DNA of 64,000 nucleotides from Eukaryota sp. TZLM1-RC (GCA_040285825.1 JAUPSS010000003.1:1612001-1676000); one strand, 5' to 3'. Shown: positions 1-11,900, counted from the stretch's first letter. Numbers and translations: made by a program. Notes: generated by a model from the sequence alone, not told the origin.

Positions 1-380
1 TAAATGAAGAAATTTCAAAAATTGACGTAGAAAAATGGAGTCGATCCTTTCCCCAATCATTCAATGCTAATATTCCTGAAAAAGAATTCTTTAAGTTTAA
101 AATTTACCCTTCGAGGATTACAGAAACGATTGACTGGAATATATGAAAATGCTCTTTATAACAAAATATGTGCAGCTCGGCTGTTTTAAACCAAGATCTT
201 CACTCATTGTTATTGGAAAAAGGTGTTTGTGAAAATCAGTCATCGGATTCTTCCCTGTTTATGACCATTGTACCACGAAGCGGGTGGACTGTGTGCTAAT
301 AATGAAGCGTTTGTAACAAACATAAGATTATATTTGAATATCCCCATTAATCAATTATTATCAAAAGAAAAATGTATTTG

Positions 381-1826
381 TGTTGGCGCCCTAAGGCTTT
401 TATAATATGATAAGAAAATAAATCAACTTTTTCCTCATTGACTTTTCTTTATTACAATAGATTTTAGGCAACAACAATTATTGGCCATTTTAAACTCAAA
501 AGGTATACCGCAAATAACTTCAGTACTCAACAAGAAACCAGCAAACCAGATATGTTCATCATGTCAGACATCTCCCAAAGAAACTTTGAACTTACTCGTT
601 CATTACCAAACATGCAGCAACAGGAACAACAACAAGACATAGAAACACATAAGGAAGAGGGTAACGAGGTAACGGACCCGATCCCACCTCCCCTCCCCAA
701 AAGTTAAACATGAAAGAGCGGACGAGGTCCCTCCTTCTGCAGTTATAAAAGAGGTTACGAGAACGGACCCGGTTCTTTCTCCCCTCAAGAATATAGGATT
801 ACCCAAGGAGGTAACGAGAACGGATTCGGTTCCCACTTCCCTCGAGAAAGAGAGATTTGTCGACGAAAGTAACGAGAACGGATCTGGCTCCTTTTCCCCT
901 CCAAAATGTAGAACCTGTCAATAAGGGAACGGATGAAAATCCCACCTTAAACAAGTCGACCCTCTTAGCAGAGTATGATGAATTTTATGCTCAACTAAAT
1001 GACATGGGGAAGATTACTCCAGTGATGGATTCTACAAACTCCTAACAAGGACGCGGAACCTTACCTCGAATTAATGGACTTGTATCTGTTGGAGCAGTTC
1101 CCTCCTTCATGGAGCCAAACACAAAAATAAGTCGGCTCCATACGAGATTACGAGTAGAGACTCCACCTCCACTATTATTGTACTACAATGCAAAGATACG
1201 GTCCTTGTTGCTTTGATATTTTTAGTCGTAAAACCAGAACTTTAACAACAAAAGACGCCGCCTTCAGGTTTCTGAGGTTTGTTACTTTGCTGACTGTTTT
1301 TTTTGATTCAACATAGACGCTGCTTGATCATTAGCGAATCCATTCTTCGATTTCATGATACCTTTACTAAACGACACTACCACGTTACTCGTATACGAAA
1401 AAGGGGAGAAGCAGAGCGTCTTTATGTAGCGATTACAACATACACAACAAAGTATTCAAACACACAGATCTTGGAACGAGGCCCTTTTCAGTTATTGCTT
1501 ACTACCTTATACTAACATTATTGTAGGAGAGTCATAGTACATCAATTGTCGATCTTAAAAATGTGAATTCAGTGTTTGTGTGAATCCCAATCACTACAGA
1601 GATAATTGTAGACAATAGAAAACATTAGATTTTGGAATTTAGTTCTTAGTAGTTATAGTTATTCAGTTATTTGTTCTTAATTTTAGTTTCATATTCATAT
1701 AAGCTGATTTATTTCGAAAAAGGGAAGAAATAGTGTTGGTGCCCTAAGGCTTATATAATATGATAAGAAAATAAATCAATTTTTTCCTGATTGATTTTTC
1801 TTTATTACAATAGACTTTAGGCAACA
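381..1826 (+). mobile_element. Small non-autonomous LTR retroelement (TRIM-like) with 93-bp LTRs and a decayed internal coding region
   Basis: Direct repeats at 381-473 and 1734-1826 (TGTTGG...GGCAACA, about 6 mismatches). 4-bp TSD TTTG at 377-380 and 1827-1830. Polypurine tract GAAAAAGGGAAGAAATAG directly before the 3' LTR. Confidence 0.92.
656..950 (+). repeat. Degenerate tandem repeats (GTAACGAGAACGGAYYYG...CCCT) inside the LTR element, encoding EVTRTD-like peptide repeats
   Basis: Four to six imperfect units near 667, 752, 808, 867 and 926. Confidence 0.6.
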
Positions 1827-2329
1827 TTTGTTTGAATTCACCACAGCTCACTTTGCGTCATGCTCTAAATTGTTCTGAATTGATAACTAATCGTTCTTCA
1901 TTATATGATGCTGTATGAGACACTGTTTTTAATATGGCACGAACTGCAAGAATCTGGTGTATCAAAGAGCCTCTGCTGAAAGAAACATTGTCATTGAATA
2001 ATTTTGGTTCTGATGACAGAGGTGATGTATACTGTGATTGGATTGAGAACTCTGAAGCTGTTGTTGACTTTGTCTCCTGTAATGTTGCAAATGAAACTTT
2101 GATTCAAAGAAGAAAACTTAATCCTGTGAAAGCTTTTGAATTTAAAGACAAGAAAAAACATAGAAAATAAGGCAAAAATATTGAAGAAGCTAATGTTGAT
2201 AGAAATAGACCACTTGTTTTTATTGCTTTCCCATTTTCGATAGACGGAAACTATCAGCAGAAGGAGGAACTTTTTTGAATGATTTTCAAAAATAGTTCAA
2301 GAAAAAACAATGAAAAATTTGATATCTTA

Positions 2330-5230
2330 AACCAGTTAACAATCGATTTAAGCACAAAACTTGCAACAATTGTGGTATTTCTTTTAGAAAAAATACAAAA
2401 GGAACAACGGCTGATCGATGCTTGAAATGCCGCATAGTTGATAACTACCATTTTCCCATAAAAATACCTCAAGAAATTCATCCGTCAAAATGCAATGAAT
2501 TTGCTTTCGTTTTTAAAAGATTTTGGGATCAATTATGTAAAGGAAAGTATGCTATCAATATTCTTTGGGAATTTTTTGGTTCTTTATGTTTTCCTTTTGA
2601 ACAAAATTTCGTAAATAATTCCGAAGATTTAACTAATATAGCACCGAGAAAACAGTCATTTGAGAAATTAAGTAAAATCTTTGAAGACAAATGCTTTGAC
2701 AACAAATGGTCCAAGGCTTTGTCAGTTTTAAGCCCTGGAGTTAAAGCACCCAACAATGAAAATACAATAGATAAACTCAAAATACCTCATCCTTTGGAAG
2801 ATCCTATAATGGATCAAAATTTTTACGGGACTTACTGGAAAAATTATCCATTAATGGCATCAGAAGTATTTCCGGTGATAAAAAAAGACAACGCGGTAAG
2901 TCTGCCGGACTTTCTGGTATTACTATCGATCATGTAAAAGCCGCAATTATTTCTTCAGAGGATTGTCTTGGTTTATTAACCAAATTTTTCAACAAAATAT
3001 TGACTGGTCAACTCAGATATCCAGAAGAATTAAGAAGTTCTCATTTGACCGCACTTGTCAAAAATTCAAAAATGGATGTTCGTCCTATTGCAGTCTCGGA
3101 GAGCTAACAAAATATTTTTCTGCTTGTTGCTTAAGCAGGTTCAATAAAAATGCAAAAAAGATTTTATAATATTGAATTAATACCAATGATGGAGTCTCTT
3201 TATCGATATTTGCTACAGATGTATTATTTCGCCAAAATGAACCCAATGTTTGTATGTCATTGGATTTTAGTAATGCATTCAATTCACTCAGTCGTCGCAG
3301 TGTCCATGGTGCTTTATTGCAATATATGCCGGAATTAATGCCGTATATTCAATCAACATATAGCACAAATTCAAATTTACATTTTGGTAATTGCATTTTG
3401 AGTTCATCAAGTGGTGTAAAGCAAGGAGATCCGTAAGGACCTCTTTTGTATTGTTTGGCCATTCATCCTATTTTATTGCAAATTCAAGAGATGTTTCCTT
3501 CAATAAAAATGATTGCATATAGGGATGATGTTGTGCTTATTGGTGATTTAAATATTGTGAAACAAGCAACTGTATGTTTCAAAGAATTATTTACCAAAAT
3601 TGGTCTCCGACTTAATTTACTAAAATGTGTTTTGTTATCGAATTCTCCAGTTTCCACAATAGTTGATGGTATTGAAATTCAAGCCAAATTATATTCAATT
3701 GATGCTATTTGTCATTTGGGTTCGTTTTTAGGAAATAATGATGAAATTACCAAAAAATTGTTTGAAAAGTTGAACTCGATTTCCGACAAAATTGACCGAA
3801 TAATGATTTTAGATATACAAAAACACATCAAATTTACCATTATAAGACTGTGTTTTAGTTCCAATTTCAATCATATATTTCGATCTACAAATCCTCTTGT
3901 CACTAGAAATTTGGCTCAGAAGTTTAATGAATTACGTGCAAAAGTTCTGTCACAATTATTGGGATGTAAGATGTTCCAAATTCCAGACCATACTTACCTT
4001 AGTCCACTTTATTGCGGTTTAGGGTGGACGAAGGCTTCTATTCCTACCTCGTGTGCTTTTGTTGGTGGATGCAGAAATGCATCCTTTGAGTTTTCCGAAA
4101 GATTTGCAGACTGGGAAGATTTATTGATGACAACGCAAAGTTCTACTGTTTTTGCATTAAATGGAGAAATTTCAACAATTGATGCAGAAAATGGGGTCGT
4201 TGCTTTCCCCAATCATTCAATGGCAATATTCCAGAAAAGAATGTTTTAAATTTGAAGTACACTCTTCGAACATTACAGAAACGATTGACTGGAATGTATG
4301 AAAATGATCTTTATAATAATATATGCAGCTCGGCTGTTTTAAATCAAGATCTTCACTCATTGTTATTGGAAAAGGGTGTTTGTGAAAGTAAGTCATCAGA
4401 TTCTTCACTTTTTGTAACCATTGTACCACGAAGACTTGGATTGTGTGCCACTAATGAAGCATTTGTAACAAAAATGAGATTATATTTGAATATCCCCATT
4501 AATCAATTATTATCAAAAGAAAAATGTATATGTTCGAATTCACCTCAACTCACTTTGCGCCATGCTCTGAATTGTTCTAAATTGATAACTTATCGTTCTT
4601 CATTACATGATGTTGTTAGAGACACTGTTTTCAATATGGCACAAACTGCAAGAATATCGTGTATCAAAGAGCCCCTGCTGAAGGAAACACTTTCTCTGAA
4701 TAATTTTGGTTCTGATGATAGAGGTGATGTATACTGTGATTGGATTGATCATTATGAAGCTATTGTTGACTTTGTCTCATGTAATGTTGCAAATGATACT
4801 TTGGTTCACAGAAGAAAACTTAATCCTGTGACTGCTCTTGATTTTAAACCAAAAGAGAAACATAGAAAATATGATAAATATATTGAAGAGGCTAATGCCG
4901 ATAGAAATACACAGCTGGTTTTTATTGCTTTCCCATTTTCGATAAATGGAAGATTATCAGTTGAAGCAGAAACTTTTTTGAATGACTTCCAAACAATGGT
5001 ACAAGAAAAAACAATGAAAAGATTTGATATTTTTTTATGGCGTTCACGGATTCAATTTGCCATTATTAATAGATGACTTCGGTTTTTCAATCGAATAAGA
5101 GAAGCTTTAGCTAGACAGCAAGCAGATCAAGATTTTGTAGAGGAAATCTTGGTTCAATGAATTTCGTCCCATTAGTTCTGAGTTAATTTTGTCAAGTGTG
5201 TACGTTCAAAAGTCAATGTTTATTAAAAAA
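2330..5230 (+). mobile_element. Near full-length decayed RLE-type (CRE/SLACS-like) non-LTR retrotransposon, family A: RT, CCHC zinc knuckle and RLE endonuclease
   Basis: RT motifs are spread over frameshifted ORFs: VRPIAV, SLDFSNAFNS, GVKQGDP*GP, AYRDD. CIC...H...C knuckle. RLE motifs RGD...DF...K.RKY...FPFSINGRL. A-rich tail at about 5221-5230. Confidence 0.9.
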
Positions 5231-5365
5231 GGTACATACATAAGGTCTTTCCCCTGTATGTACGTATGTATTGTCAAAGTTGAGACCCTACTGAAACCCT
5301 CCTTTCTTTTTCCAAGGGATATCTCATCCATGCACTATCTTCCTTTTCTGTGCCCGTGATACACC

Positions 5366-6364
5366 ATGTCACAAATATCTGGATTTTCTTACTTTTGTAA
5401 TAAGAAGATAACCCGAGTTTCACAATCTGCGCCCAAAATAAGCCATTGGCAACTGAGAGACTTAATGCGTGAACATCAAGGAAAATTGTACTTTCCACAT
5501 TCCACAAGATTACAGTCAGTGGATACTGTTACTGGTGATCGATCGACTATTACATCTGTTTCTTTTTTCCCTACCTGCATCGATGTACAACACGGTTTTG
5601 TAGCGTTGGGAGGACAGCGGGGTGAGCTTTATGTATATAATTTAACTACTTCAAACACAATCTACGCAGGACGTATTTGTTCCTCTGTAGTCAATGCCCT
5701 TCAGATCTGCTACATTAACAACACACTTACTCTTGTCTGCTCTTCTAATGATTCCCACATATCGATGTTTAGTATACCAACCATGTCGCTTGTTACCACA
5801 ATAGGATTCCCCTTTCCTGTTAATCACACGACTGTTAGTCCGTCAGGGAACATGCTTGTAACTGTGGGTGATCATAACCAAGTCAATCTATATTCCAACT
5901 CTGGTGGACGATGGAGTAAAGTTTATGGCACTAATGCATTCACGGATGCCGGAATGTCGACAGATTGGAACTCCTCAGGGTTTCTTTATGCAGCAGCCTC
6001 TCAAGATGGAACTGCTGTTCTCTCTGATGTTCGAAATTTGAACCAATACACAAAAATAAAGTCTTTTCGACCATATGGAGTGGCAGATTCTATACTAGGT
6101 TCTTTTAGGTCAGTCAAATTTTCGAAACATGGAGTTGTTGATCTTCTTGTCTTAGCCCAGCATCGTTCCTATGTAATTGCCAATGACACACGTTCCTTCC
6201 ACGAGGGGGCTGTGTTAGAAGTTGGTAATGGGGGAGTGGAACTGGCAGGAGTTTGCTTTGGACAATTTGATAGGAATTTGTATATAGCGACTGAGGATGA
6301 TATCAATAAGATAGGTATAGATGTACCTTCTAGGCTCCGTAGTGCAGAGTTTGAGTGTTTGTAA
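5366..6364 (+). CDS. WD40 repeat protein, DUF2415-like family
   Basis: Intact 332-aa ORF with an N-terminal HWQLRDL motif, WD-like repeats (VNHTTVSPSG, AAASQDGTAVLSDVR) and FRSVKFS. Confidence 0.75.
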   Translation: MSQISGFSYFCNKKITRVSQSAPKISHWQLRDLMREHQGKLYFPHSTRLQSVDTVTGDRSTITSVSFFPTCIDVQHGFVALGGQRGELYVYNLTTSNTIYAGRICSSVVNALQICYINNTLTLVCSSNDSHISMFSIPTMSLVTTIGFPFPVNHTTVSPSGNMLVTVGDHNQVNLYSNSGGRWSKVYGTNAFTDAGMSTDWNSSGFLYAAASQDGTAVLSDVRNLNQYTKIKSFRPYGVADSILGSFRSVKFSKHGVVDLLVLAQHRSYVIANDTRSFHEGAVLEVGNGGVELAGVCFGQFDRNLYIATEDDINKIGIDVPSRLRSAEFECL

Positions 6365-6586
6365 TTAGTTGGGAACTGAAGATAAATAATTATTTTTTGT
6401 TTGTGAGCTAAAGTAATGTCATATAGATGATGGACAGAACTTGCATCATTACTGTTATTTAGAGCTACGAATGAAACTTTCAATTTAAAAGACATTTGTG
6501 GATTGATCTGTAGGATTGGTTTAACACTCTCCTTAGTTTTACTTTTTTCCCTCCCGCTAAACCGCCTTACTTAACTTTGCATTGTA

Positions 6587-7298
6587 ATGACTCAGACACA
6601 GTTAAACAATAAGGACAGCTTACTAGCTTATGATAAGCCTATTCTAGTGTCTTCAAAAACTAAACCCTCAGAACCTATCTCCCAAACACAAGATATTCTA
6701 AATTCTATACTTCCTCCACGGTATGATTACACCACTTACTGATGTCAGAGAATATGAAGAAGATAACCAACTTTGGATTCAATATGTTTCATCAGCACCA
6801 GCCACACGTCTTGAAGTTGTTCAGCTTCAACAAGAACTTGACAATCGCCTCAAAGCCAGACAAGCTCTTGATATGGGCATCTGTCCAATCAGGAGGGAGG
6901 TTTACTCGCAAGTTTTTGATGAATTAATCAGACAAGTGACGGTCAACTGTTCAGAACGAGGTCTGTTGCTTCTCCGTGTAAGAGACGAACTCAAGATGAC
7001 CTGTGATGCTTACGAAACCCTCTATGAATCTGCTGTTGCATATGGACTACGCAAAGCTTTGGAAGCTCAGCAACAACGTGGCGAAATTGAAGCTCGTGTC
7101 AAGGAAGTTGAAGAGGAAAACGAGTCACTTTCCAAGCAACTTGCTGATCTCCGTGTTCGTTCAGAGACAGTGGAACGAAGAATGGCTGAACAGAAACATG
7201 CGGCAGAACAGAAATTCCAGGAGGAGATTAGCTGTCTCAAAAAGACAAATATGCAGCTGAAGAGTCAGTTAGAGCAGGCATTAGCTTCACGTAAGTAA
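6587..7298 (+). CDS. DNALI1: Axonemal inner-arm dynein light chain p28; exons 6587-6720 and 6749-7298
   Basis: Removing a 28-nt GTATG...ATGTCAG intron (6721-6748) gives DILNSILPPR|EYEEDNQLWIQYVSS. Downstream GICPIRREVYSQVFDELIRQVTVNCSERGLLLLRVRDE is the p28 signature. Confidence 0.95.
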
Positions 7299-7680
7299 CT
7301 TTTTAGGTTTTGTACGATATTTATAAATTAAAAAACTTTATATTTGCAACGAAATGTATGGTACAGTTTCTACTAATAATACTTATTTATGGCAAAATAT
7401 TAATTTATGAATAAACCCAAATTTATTCAAAATAGCATTGAAGAATGTAGACTACTTTTCAGTACACATCAAAATTGGTTGCTCTCTAGAATTCACAATA
7501 ATTTGTACTGAAGTAATTCTACCTTGGCAAATGCATTTCAGCACCATCTCTGTTTCTTGCGCCCCTAGAAAATGTATAAAGCTGGTGTTTTTTATGCAAT
7601 GATATGATATTTTACAAAATGTTTTACGTATTCAATAAATGAATTGCCTGCCTTAACTCTCAGTCTCTCGTCACGGAGCA

Positions 7681-9570
7681 ATGGTTCGTGACATCGACGT
7701 GTTCTTTTCCACCCATGCTGCTGATCCAGGGAAACGTACCTCCTTAGTGAATTTGTTTCGTTCCATTTTCACAAAGCATTACACTCCTTCAAAGTTACTA
7801 CAACTTGATGATACTATTTTTGTTCATTCGCAATGCCTACATGACTTTGTAAATGACCCTATTGAAACTTATGATGCAATTAGAGCTGCTGCCAACACAT
7901 TCAGTTCTTATCCTCATTTCATTGCTATCAACCTACGCTCTATTCCCTTGACTCCAAACATTTTCCCCTCTTCTCTAGTCTGCATTGACGCTAAAGTTCT
8001 CTCCTTCAAACCAATCATGACTCCTGCTAGACCTGGTATTAACTGTAACTGCTCTCCAGGGTATCTCCTTGAAGTTGATCTTTTATCTTCGTTTAAGCAT
8101 GATAGTGAAGATGTAATCATATTACCTCAATGTTTACAGGTGAAAGTGTTGGAAGGCCCTGCGATGGATGGTTGCTTCAAACGCCATAATATTTGTAGAT
8201 TTTTTGGTGTTTTAAAGCAATTTGAATTAACAAAAAAGAAAGTTTTGGATATTGATTATTATTTGGACTGTCTCTCTTGTGTTTCACTTACTGATTTAGA
8301 TTCAGTTTCCTTTCCTTTAAGTGAAACGGTTAAAAACTTCACACCTTCTGTTTTCGGAATGAGTTCGATTAAATTAGTTTTACTACTTTCTGTTATTACT
8401 CCACATATTTCAAGACCCAATATTTTAATTACTGGTGGAATAAAATCTGGAAAAAGCTTGTTATTGAAAGGAATGGCTACTCTTCCGTTGTGTTACTACC
8501 TAAGATCAGGCTCAAAAATGAAAGAAGTCGTCAGAATTCTTGATCTGGCTGAACAGGCTAATGGTATTGTTTTGGTTGATGATATTGATGATTATATTTC
8601 ATCTATTAAGTCTGTCCTACAACATTTCGTTTTCATCAGAACACTGACAGTCATTGCAACTTCAAAACCATCTGTTGGTCGTAATAGTACCTCATCTGTG
8701 CTAAGCCAAAGTTTTGATCTTTGCTTTGAATTGACTGCATTACAGACACATGGAGAGGTCATTAATTTAGGAAAACATCTAACTAACCCACTGACCGGAA
8801 AGTCACGTTTACAGTCATCTACAGTTCTCCCAGTCGACGCTTATTCTCCACGACGAACTCCTCAGAGATCTTTACGTCGAGCGCCTTCGCCTTGGACACC
8901 ACGACCTGAAACCCCACAGTTAAGTCAGTTAAATGGCCAAATTGAAGAAGAAAGTGACCAAGAAATTTTTCCTGATGAAGTCATTAACAAACAAGTTGCT
9001 TTAGTTTTAGGCGTTATTATGAATGTTAATTATAATGTTGAATGGCAACTGAGCAGCTCAGGAAATAAGGAGGTTAATCAGGCTGTCATGGATTTGTTAA
9101 AAGATCTTATTGTAATTGATGGACGATCAGAAAACGATTCAATCAAATTGACACTTAAAAGGGTGTTGATTGGGCTCTGTGTAAGTCTTATTCAGTTTAA
9201 TACGTTTCCAGAATGCCCCAGTTGTATTCACATTACTGGAGATAACATCAAGTCATGCTTCCATCTGATTAAGAAAGCATTATATAACTCTTCTACCGTC
9301 CCCAACAACAATCGTGCTTCTCTGCCCTTACCTGGAGGTAGACAAGGAGGAAGAATGGGCAAAGCAAAGGCTATTAAGGAATCTGTTCTGCGGCTGTCAA
9401 GATTATACCAGCTAAATAACAACCCATTCACAGAGAAACAGGTTATTGAAGTAATTAATTCTATTGCTCCTAATATTGATAGCAGAGAAGTTCTTAATAC
9501 AATGTCTGATCAAGGGCTGTTATTAAAGAAAAACTTTTCTGGAAAGGTTATGTTTGTGGTTTCTATTTAA
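7681..9570 (+). CDS. Divergent MCM-family AAA+ protein, most like MCM8
   Basis: NILITGGIKSGKS (Walker A) and IVLVDDID (Walker B-like). The C-terminal winged-helix segment ending LNTMSDQGLLLKK resembles the MCM8 C-terminus (LNDQGYLLKK). Confidence 0.6.
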   Translation: MVRDIDVFFSTHAADPGKRTSLVNLFRSIFTKHYTPSKLLQLDDTIFVHSQCLHDFVNDPIETYDAIRAAANTFSSYPHFIAINLRSIPLTPNIFPSSLVCIDAKVLSFKPIMTPARPGINCNCSPGYLLEVDLLSSFKHDSEDVIILPQCLQVKVLEGPAMDGCFKRHNICRFFGVLKQFELTKKKVLDIDYYLDCLSCVSLTDLDSVSFPLSETVKNFTPSVFGMSSIKLVLLLSVITPHISRPNILITGGIKSGKSLLLKGMATLPLCYYLRSGSKMKEVVRILDLAEQANGIVLVDDIDDYISSIKSVLQHFVFIRTLTVIATSKPSVGRNSTSSVLSQSFDLCFELTALQTHGEVINLGKHLTNPLTGKSRLQSSTVLPVDAYSPRRTPQRSLRRAPSPWTPRPETPQLSQLNGQIEEESDQEIFPDEVINKQVALVLGVIMNVNYNVEWQLSSSGNKEVNQAVMDLLKDLIVIDGRSENDSIKLTLKRVLIGLCVSLIQFNTFPECPSCIHITGDNIKSCFHLIKKALYNSSTVPNNNRASLPLPGGRQGGRMGKAKAIKESVLRLSRLYQLNNNPFTEKQVIEVINSIAPNIDSREVLNTMSDQGLLLKKNFSGKVMFVVSI

Positions 9571-11050
9571 AGGTTTGAATAAATAAACTGAGAAGATGAA
9601 TAACATTGGATGTTCCCAAACCACGTTTGCAGTGTTTTCGCGTCAACTTCCAAATTCAAATGTTCAATAAAACTCATGAACTACAATTTGTTATTTTAGA
9701 AAATTTATTCTAATATACCTAATCAACTTAATCAGGATACTTGACAATCCCATTTATAGATTTTTATTTTTTTTGTTCAATTGTTCTCTTATATCAGATG
9801 TTGTAATTTGGTTCACTAGGAACCACGTTCTTCCATTGCTATTCGAACAAGTGTTGGTTGTCACATGAGTTGTGAGTGTTTCGCTGACTCATCAACATGT
9901 GTTTTTTTCGAACAGTGAGCAATAGAACAAAATTTATTGAACGCAGATTTACTCAACAGAATCCTAATCTGATTTATTCTCGTTGTAGCATCTCTTATTC
10001 AATAAACCGACAGTGTTGGGCTGTCAATAATGGCGAGTTGAATTCGAGAACGCCCTAGAAAGATATTCAATCTTATCAGTGCCTCTTGAAAATATATTTT
10101 GAGGGAGTCATTACTGTTTCTACTTATAGTTCTCCATCTTTGTAAAATCGAAATGTACCGTCGACCACTTGTCTAATGCTATCAGCAGAAGCATCTTCAA
10201 TAGTATTTCCTCCTGTCAACATTTTCTATGTTTTTGATTCAACTCGTCGTTTGATTTACTAAAAATTGTTATAATAAAGTTGTCTTTTTGAGGCCACTGC
10301 GGTATTTCTAATGCTATTGTTGACTTTGTTTCAAGTGACGTCACAGTCATCAGTCCAAGCGTACTATCACATCTCTCAAGAATACAAAAGTTATTCACAA
10401 CAACGTTTCTTGCAACTTTTGCTCTTTGGTGCATGAAACTGATACATTGTTTGCCATATTGAAAACTGTGTGTACAACAAAATGGTGTTAAGAAGGTCGA
10501 AAGTTATCAATTCAAAACAATTGAGAGCATAAAGTATGGTGAGTTTGAATTTGAAGAGAGACAGTTTTAAAATATTTGGCAATTGTATCATTTCATTGAA
10601 CAGCCATTCCTATTACGAAAAAATTCTCCTTGACACATATCCCAAATCTTTTAGGATCAATGGTAATGAAAATTGATGAATCTCCAACCTTATTCAAACA
10701 TACATCTTTTGCTGCTTCTAATGACAATGATTAAGTGTTTTAATGAACAACAGCTGAGGTGCATCTAAGTTAACAAGGTTCATCTTCATACATTGTGGTC
10801 ATGCGGTTTTGTAGAATTGGAAGAGTGTATTTTAAATTTAGATAATTTTTCAGGTATAAATGTTGCCTGTGGGCTAGAGTCAGACATATATGTGAACAGA
10901 TAGTAATTTTATTACGACGAGAAATGAGCTATAGTGAACTTCAATACCATCACTAGTGAGGTCTCCATGAATAAACAATGAACATTAAGCTAATAAACAA
11001 GAACAAATAGATAAGTCTATCTACACTCTAGAATAGTGTAAAGACTAACA

Positions 11051-11900
11051 CTACTTCTTCCCCTCCTTTCGACGGTCTTTTCTAGCTCTTCTACGAGGTT
11101 GTTTGCGAGTAGGTTGACTAGTGGGGGGTCGTGACTTATTAGTCTGGAGGAAGGCTTGGTAGGCCTTGGTGTTCTTAATGCGGTCGACAGGCTCGGTGCC
11201 TCGTACATCTCCAGCGTATACGACTTGACACACGTCACCATCCTGGCTGAGAACTTCTAATAGAAGATGTTCCTCAGTATCACCTGAGGCCACGATACGA
11301 TGAAACTCATCATCAGTGGGTTTGTCAGAATGGTACAATTTGCATTGTGAAATGCTAGCCTTAGATTCGACACCTGTGATTAAATTCTTTAATAATAAAG
11401 TTGATTTACTAGGTTTGTCGATGACCAGATATGGGCCCAGATAATTCCCATGTAATTTGGAGTTACTAGATGATTTGAGGATTAAACATCCAACTTCGAA
11501 TAGCAGGTTACTCGTGCTTGGCTTCTCCTCCGGCGATTTCGATGTTTGGGTGATTTCTGCTTTTTCTCGTTTTTCTTTCAATCGATTAAATTTAGATTGG
11601 ATATCCAGAATGAAAGGAACCTCAGTGGTAGCCTTTTCGATGGTGGAGAAAATTGATAAAGGGTCAGCTCTGGGACTGACGTCTGACCCAAACATAAGCT
11701 CGAATGGACTGAAACCTGTGACAGAGCTCTTAGACGAATTCGTTAAGAGTTGTACGTAAGGTATGTATTCTGACCAGTTGTCATAGGCGTTAAAATCGAT
11801 TAGGAGCTTCCTAAGATTTTGTAAAATAACTCTATGACGTCGTTCAACTAGGCCATTTGATTGACTGAAATTTGGAATACTGTTCGTCATGTCGATAGAC
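11051..11900 (-). CDS. C-terminal half of integrase (QSNGLVER, GPY motif) with a degenerate chromodomain-like tail
   Basis: QSNGLVERRH, WSEYIPYVQL, TGFSPFELMFG, YLGPYLV. C-terminal EHLLLEVLSQ...CQVVYAG...TEP. HHCC and the first two catalytic Asp residues are absent. Confidence 0.85.

Larger units (their letters stand above)
1..2330 (+). mobile_element. Decayed RLE-type non-LTR retrotransposon, family A, 3' part (CCHC + restriction-like endonuclease), interrupted by the LTR element at 381-1826
   Basis: 1-380 and 1827-2330 are colinear with 4155-5030 (same SDDRGDVYCDW...DFVSCNV...KKHRK peptide, ORF 1934-2170) but carry stops and frameshifts. The two halves join across a TTTG duplication. Confidence 0.88.

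Noticed and set aside
656-950. Spaced repeats resembling a CRISPR array
   Set aside because: The units are degenerate and irregularly spaced, read as peptide repeats, and lie inside a eukaryotic LTR element with no cas genes.
2422-5160. Stop-codon reassignment or programmed readthrough suggested by in-frame stops
   Set aside because: Interrupting stops and frameshifts occur only in TE copies and at different positions in each. Host genes use TAA, TAG and TGA as normal stops.
5345-5368. A fourth Fanzor-end-at-ATG case (TTTCTGTGCC upstream of the WD40 gene)
   Set aside because: The spacing to the ATG differs and there is no upstream similarity to the Fanzor end.
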